51,493 nt of DNA from Chiloscyllium plagiosum (Eukaryota). Under the pieces are notes generated by a model. It was not told where the DNA came from and searched no databases. It saw nothing but the letters and a program-made list of their open reading frames with translations. The translations under genes were made by a program, and so were the position numbers. This document shows positions 49,948 to 51,493 of the stretch, piece after piece. The stretch's first letter is position 1; each line of letters opens with the position of its first letter. The DNA is taken from positions 5,509,040-5,560,532 of the forward strand of contig NC_057755.1 of NCBI RefSeq assembly GCF_004010195.1, given 5' to 3'.

Positions 49948-51059
49948 CACTCAATGTCCAGGCCTCCAACAACCCTCTGTGGCAATGATTTCCATAGATA
50001 AACCACCCTTTGGCTGAAGATGTTCATTCCAGTCTAAGTTCCAAAGGTCGCCCCTTCATTCTGAGGCTGTGTCCTTTGGTCCTCGTCTCTTCTACATGTG
50101 GAAACAGCTTACAAGTAGAATATTGTTATTCTTTCCACAGATGCTGGCATACCTGCTGAGTTTCGCCACTTACTTCTGTTTCTGTTTCATGTTTACAGCA
50201 TCCAAAATCTTTGCTTAATTTGATTCTTTTCCCAACCTGCCTCTCAGAAGCAATTCTTCGAATCACTTAATTAGATCATCTTCATCGAAACATGGGTCAC
50301 TGGACACAAAACATCAACACAGTTTACTCCTCGCACAAGATCCTATCATTGCAAACAAGAGATGGGGTTCATTTCTAAAAGGAATTGAGATTCAAAGTGT
50401 TGACATTCATCCATTATGGAACATTTATTAGACTATTCTTTGCATACCCAGGTTTTTCCTGGCGCTGTATTACAAAAGAAGTGATTTGTTGCACTTGAGA
50501 AGATGGAATTATTCGAGGAAAATGCTTACAGAGCTGACAAAGGTTTGGTTCATTATTCAAAGCATCAAACACTATATGAGCCCTCTCTGTGAGGGTAAAC
50601 CGCGGATCTGCTAACTTACTAAGTCCCTCATGGTCTGTTTTGGAAAGTCGACAACTCCTTATAATGTTTCGCAAGTATTCTAATTTTGCATGTCCATTGA
50701 ATCAGCAAGGAATGCACATTTCAAATTGGGAAATGTGAGCTTTTTAATGCATTAGCTGCATTGTCGAAGTCAGTTTTAGAATGTGCCTGTTGACGTTTTA
50801 TGAATAAAGTACATAATGAAGAACAAAAGAGACACATTTCTCTATTGCAATTAGTGGATGTGGCTGTTTTAATCTGAGTACGATAAACATAATATAATAA
50901 AAATCCGTCCTTTCTGACTCGCTGGAGTGTTCAGATCATGCCAGCAGAAACTACAATATTTATTTAAAAACGATTTATAATGCGAATAACTAAACTAGGC
51001 AAGCAATATTAACCTAATGATCAAATTGATAACACCCCTCAGTCTTTCTGAAATACCAA

Positions 51060-51493
51060 AGAAGCTCAGATCAGTTCCGGCATTGAAAAAGGTTATTCAT
51101 ATCTGGGTCGACTGAATCATCTACGCAACTGTCCAATCCCACTTTCCAGCATATTGTCCCTTGAAGATCACTTCAGGTGCAGATCCAGGTTTCCTTCAGA
51201 TGAGCTGAACGTTGCAGCTGAAGCAGTCCCCCATCCACAGCACCCCCACTCCTCCAAAACTGGGAGGTGAATTCCAGACAATCCAACACCCTCTTGATGA
51301 AATGGTGTGTCATCATGTCCCCTATAACCCTTCAATCAATTAGTATCCCTCTTGTACACTGCTCAATGATCATTCGTTCAGGGTGACAGGTCTCCATTCA
51401 AGACGTTAGTTATTTGGACACATGAATTACGTTTTTTCTCTTTCTCCTCTGGGCAAAATGAACCTAACGTATCCATCTTTCCTCAACGCTTCA
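51060..51493 (-). mobile_element. Old CR1-like 3' fragment
   Basis: GAATTCCAGACAATCCAACACCCTCTTGATGAA is the reverse complement of the FxxRVxxxWN region. Confidence 0.45.

Overview
Vertebrate genomic DNA, most likely a shark; this is inferred from HE1/SacSINE1-like SINEs, CR1 LINEs, Penelope pLTR fragments and a GPR139-like receptor of the elasmobranch-expanded type. The first 31 kb hold three diverged copies (about 94% identical in a spot check) of one dead class I (gamma/epsilon-like) endogenous retrovirus: copy A (1-6094, minus), copy B (6095-12006, plus, folded back against A) and copy C (23534-~31060, minus). B and C also share about 3 kb of host flank, forming a second large inverted repeat around a 500-N gap. 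The provirus layout is 5'LTR remnant, tRNA-His PBS, repeat-containing leader, an extra pre-gag ORF, gag, a deleted pol (no protease, RT or integrase core), env, PPT and a 680-bp LTR. The most notable result is that the pre-gag ORF, read through its frameshifts, aligns motif by motif with the catalytic domain of vertebrate CNPase (a 2H phosphoesterase), suggesting a retrovirus carrying a captured host enzyme; this is a by-eye alignment and needs an HMM check. The rest contains a two-exon GPR139-like GPCR (36423-46197), a rearranged pseudogene paralog (15.9-21.3 kb), a near full-length degenerate CR1, other LINE fragments, solo LTRs and many Penelope pLTR pieces, some with minimal hammerhead ribozyme cores.
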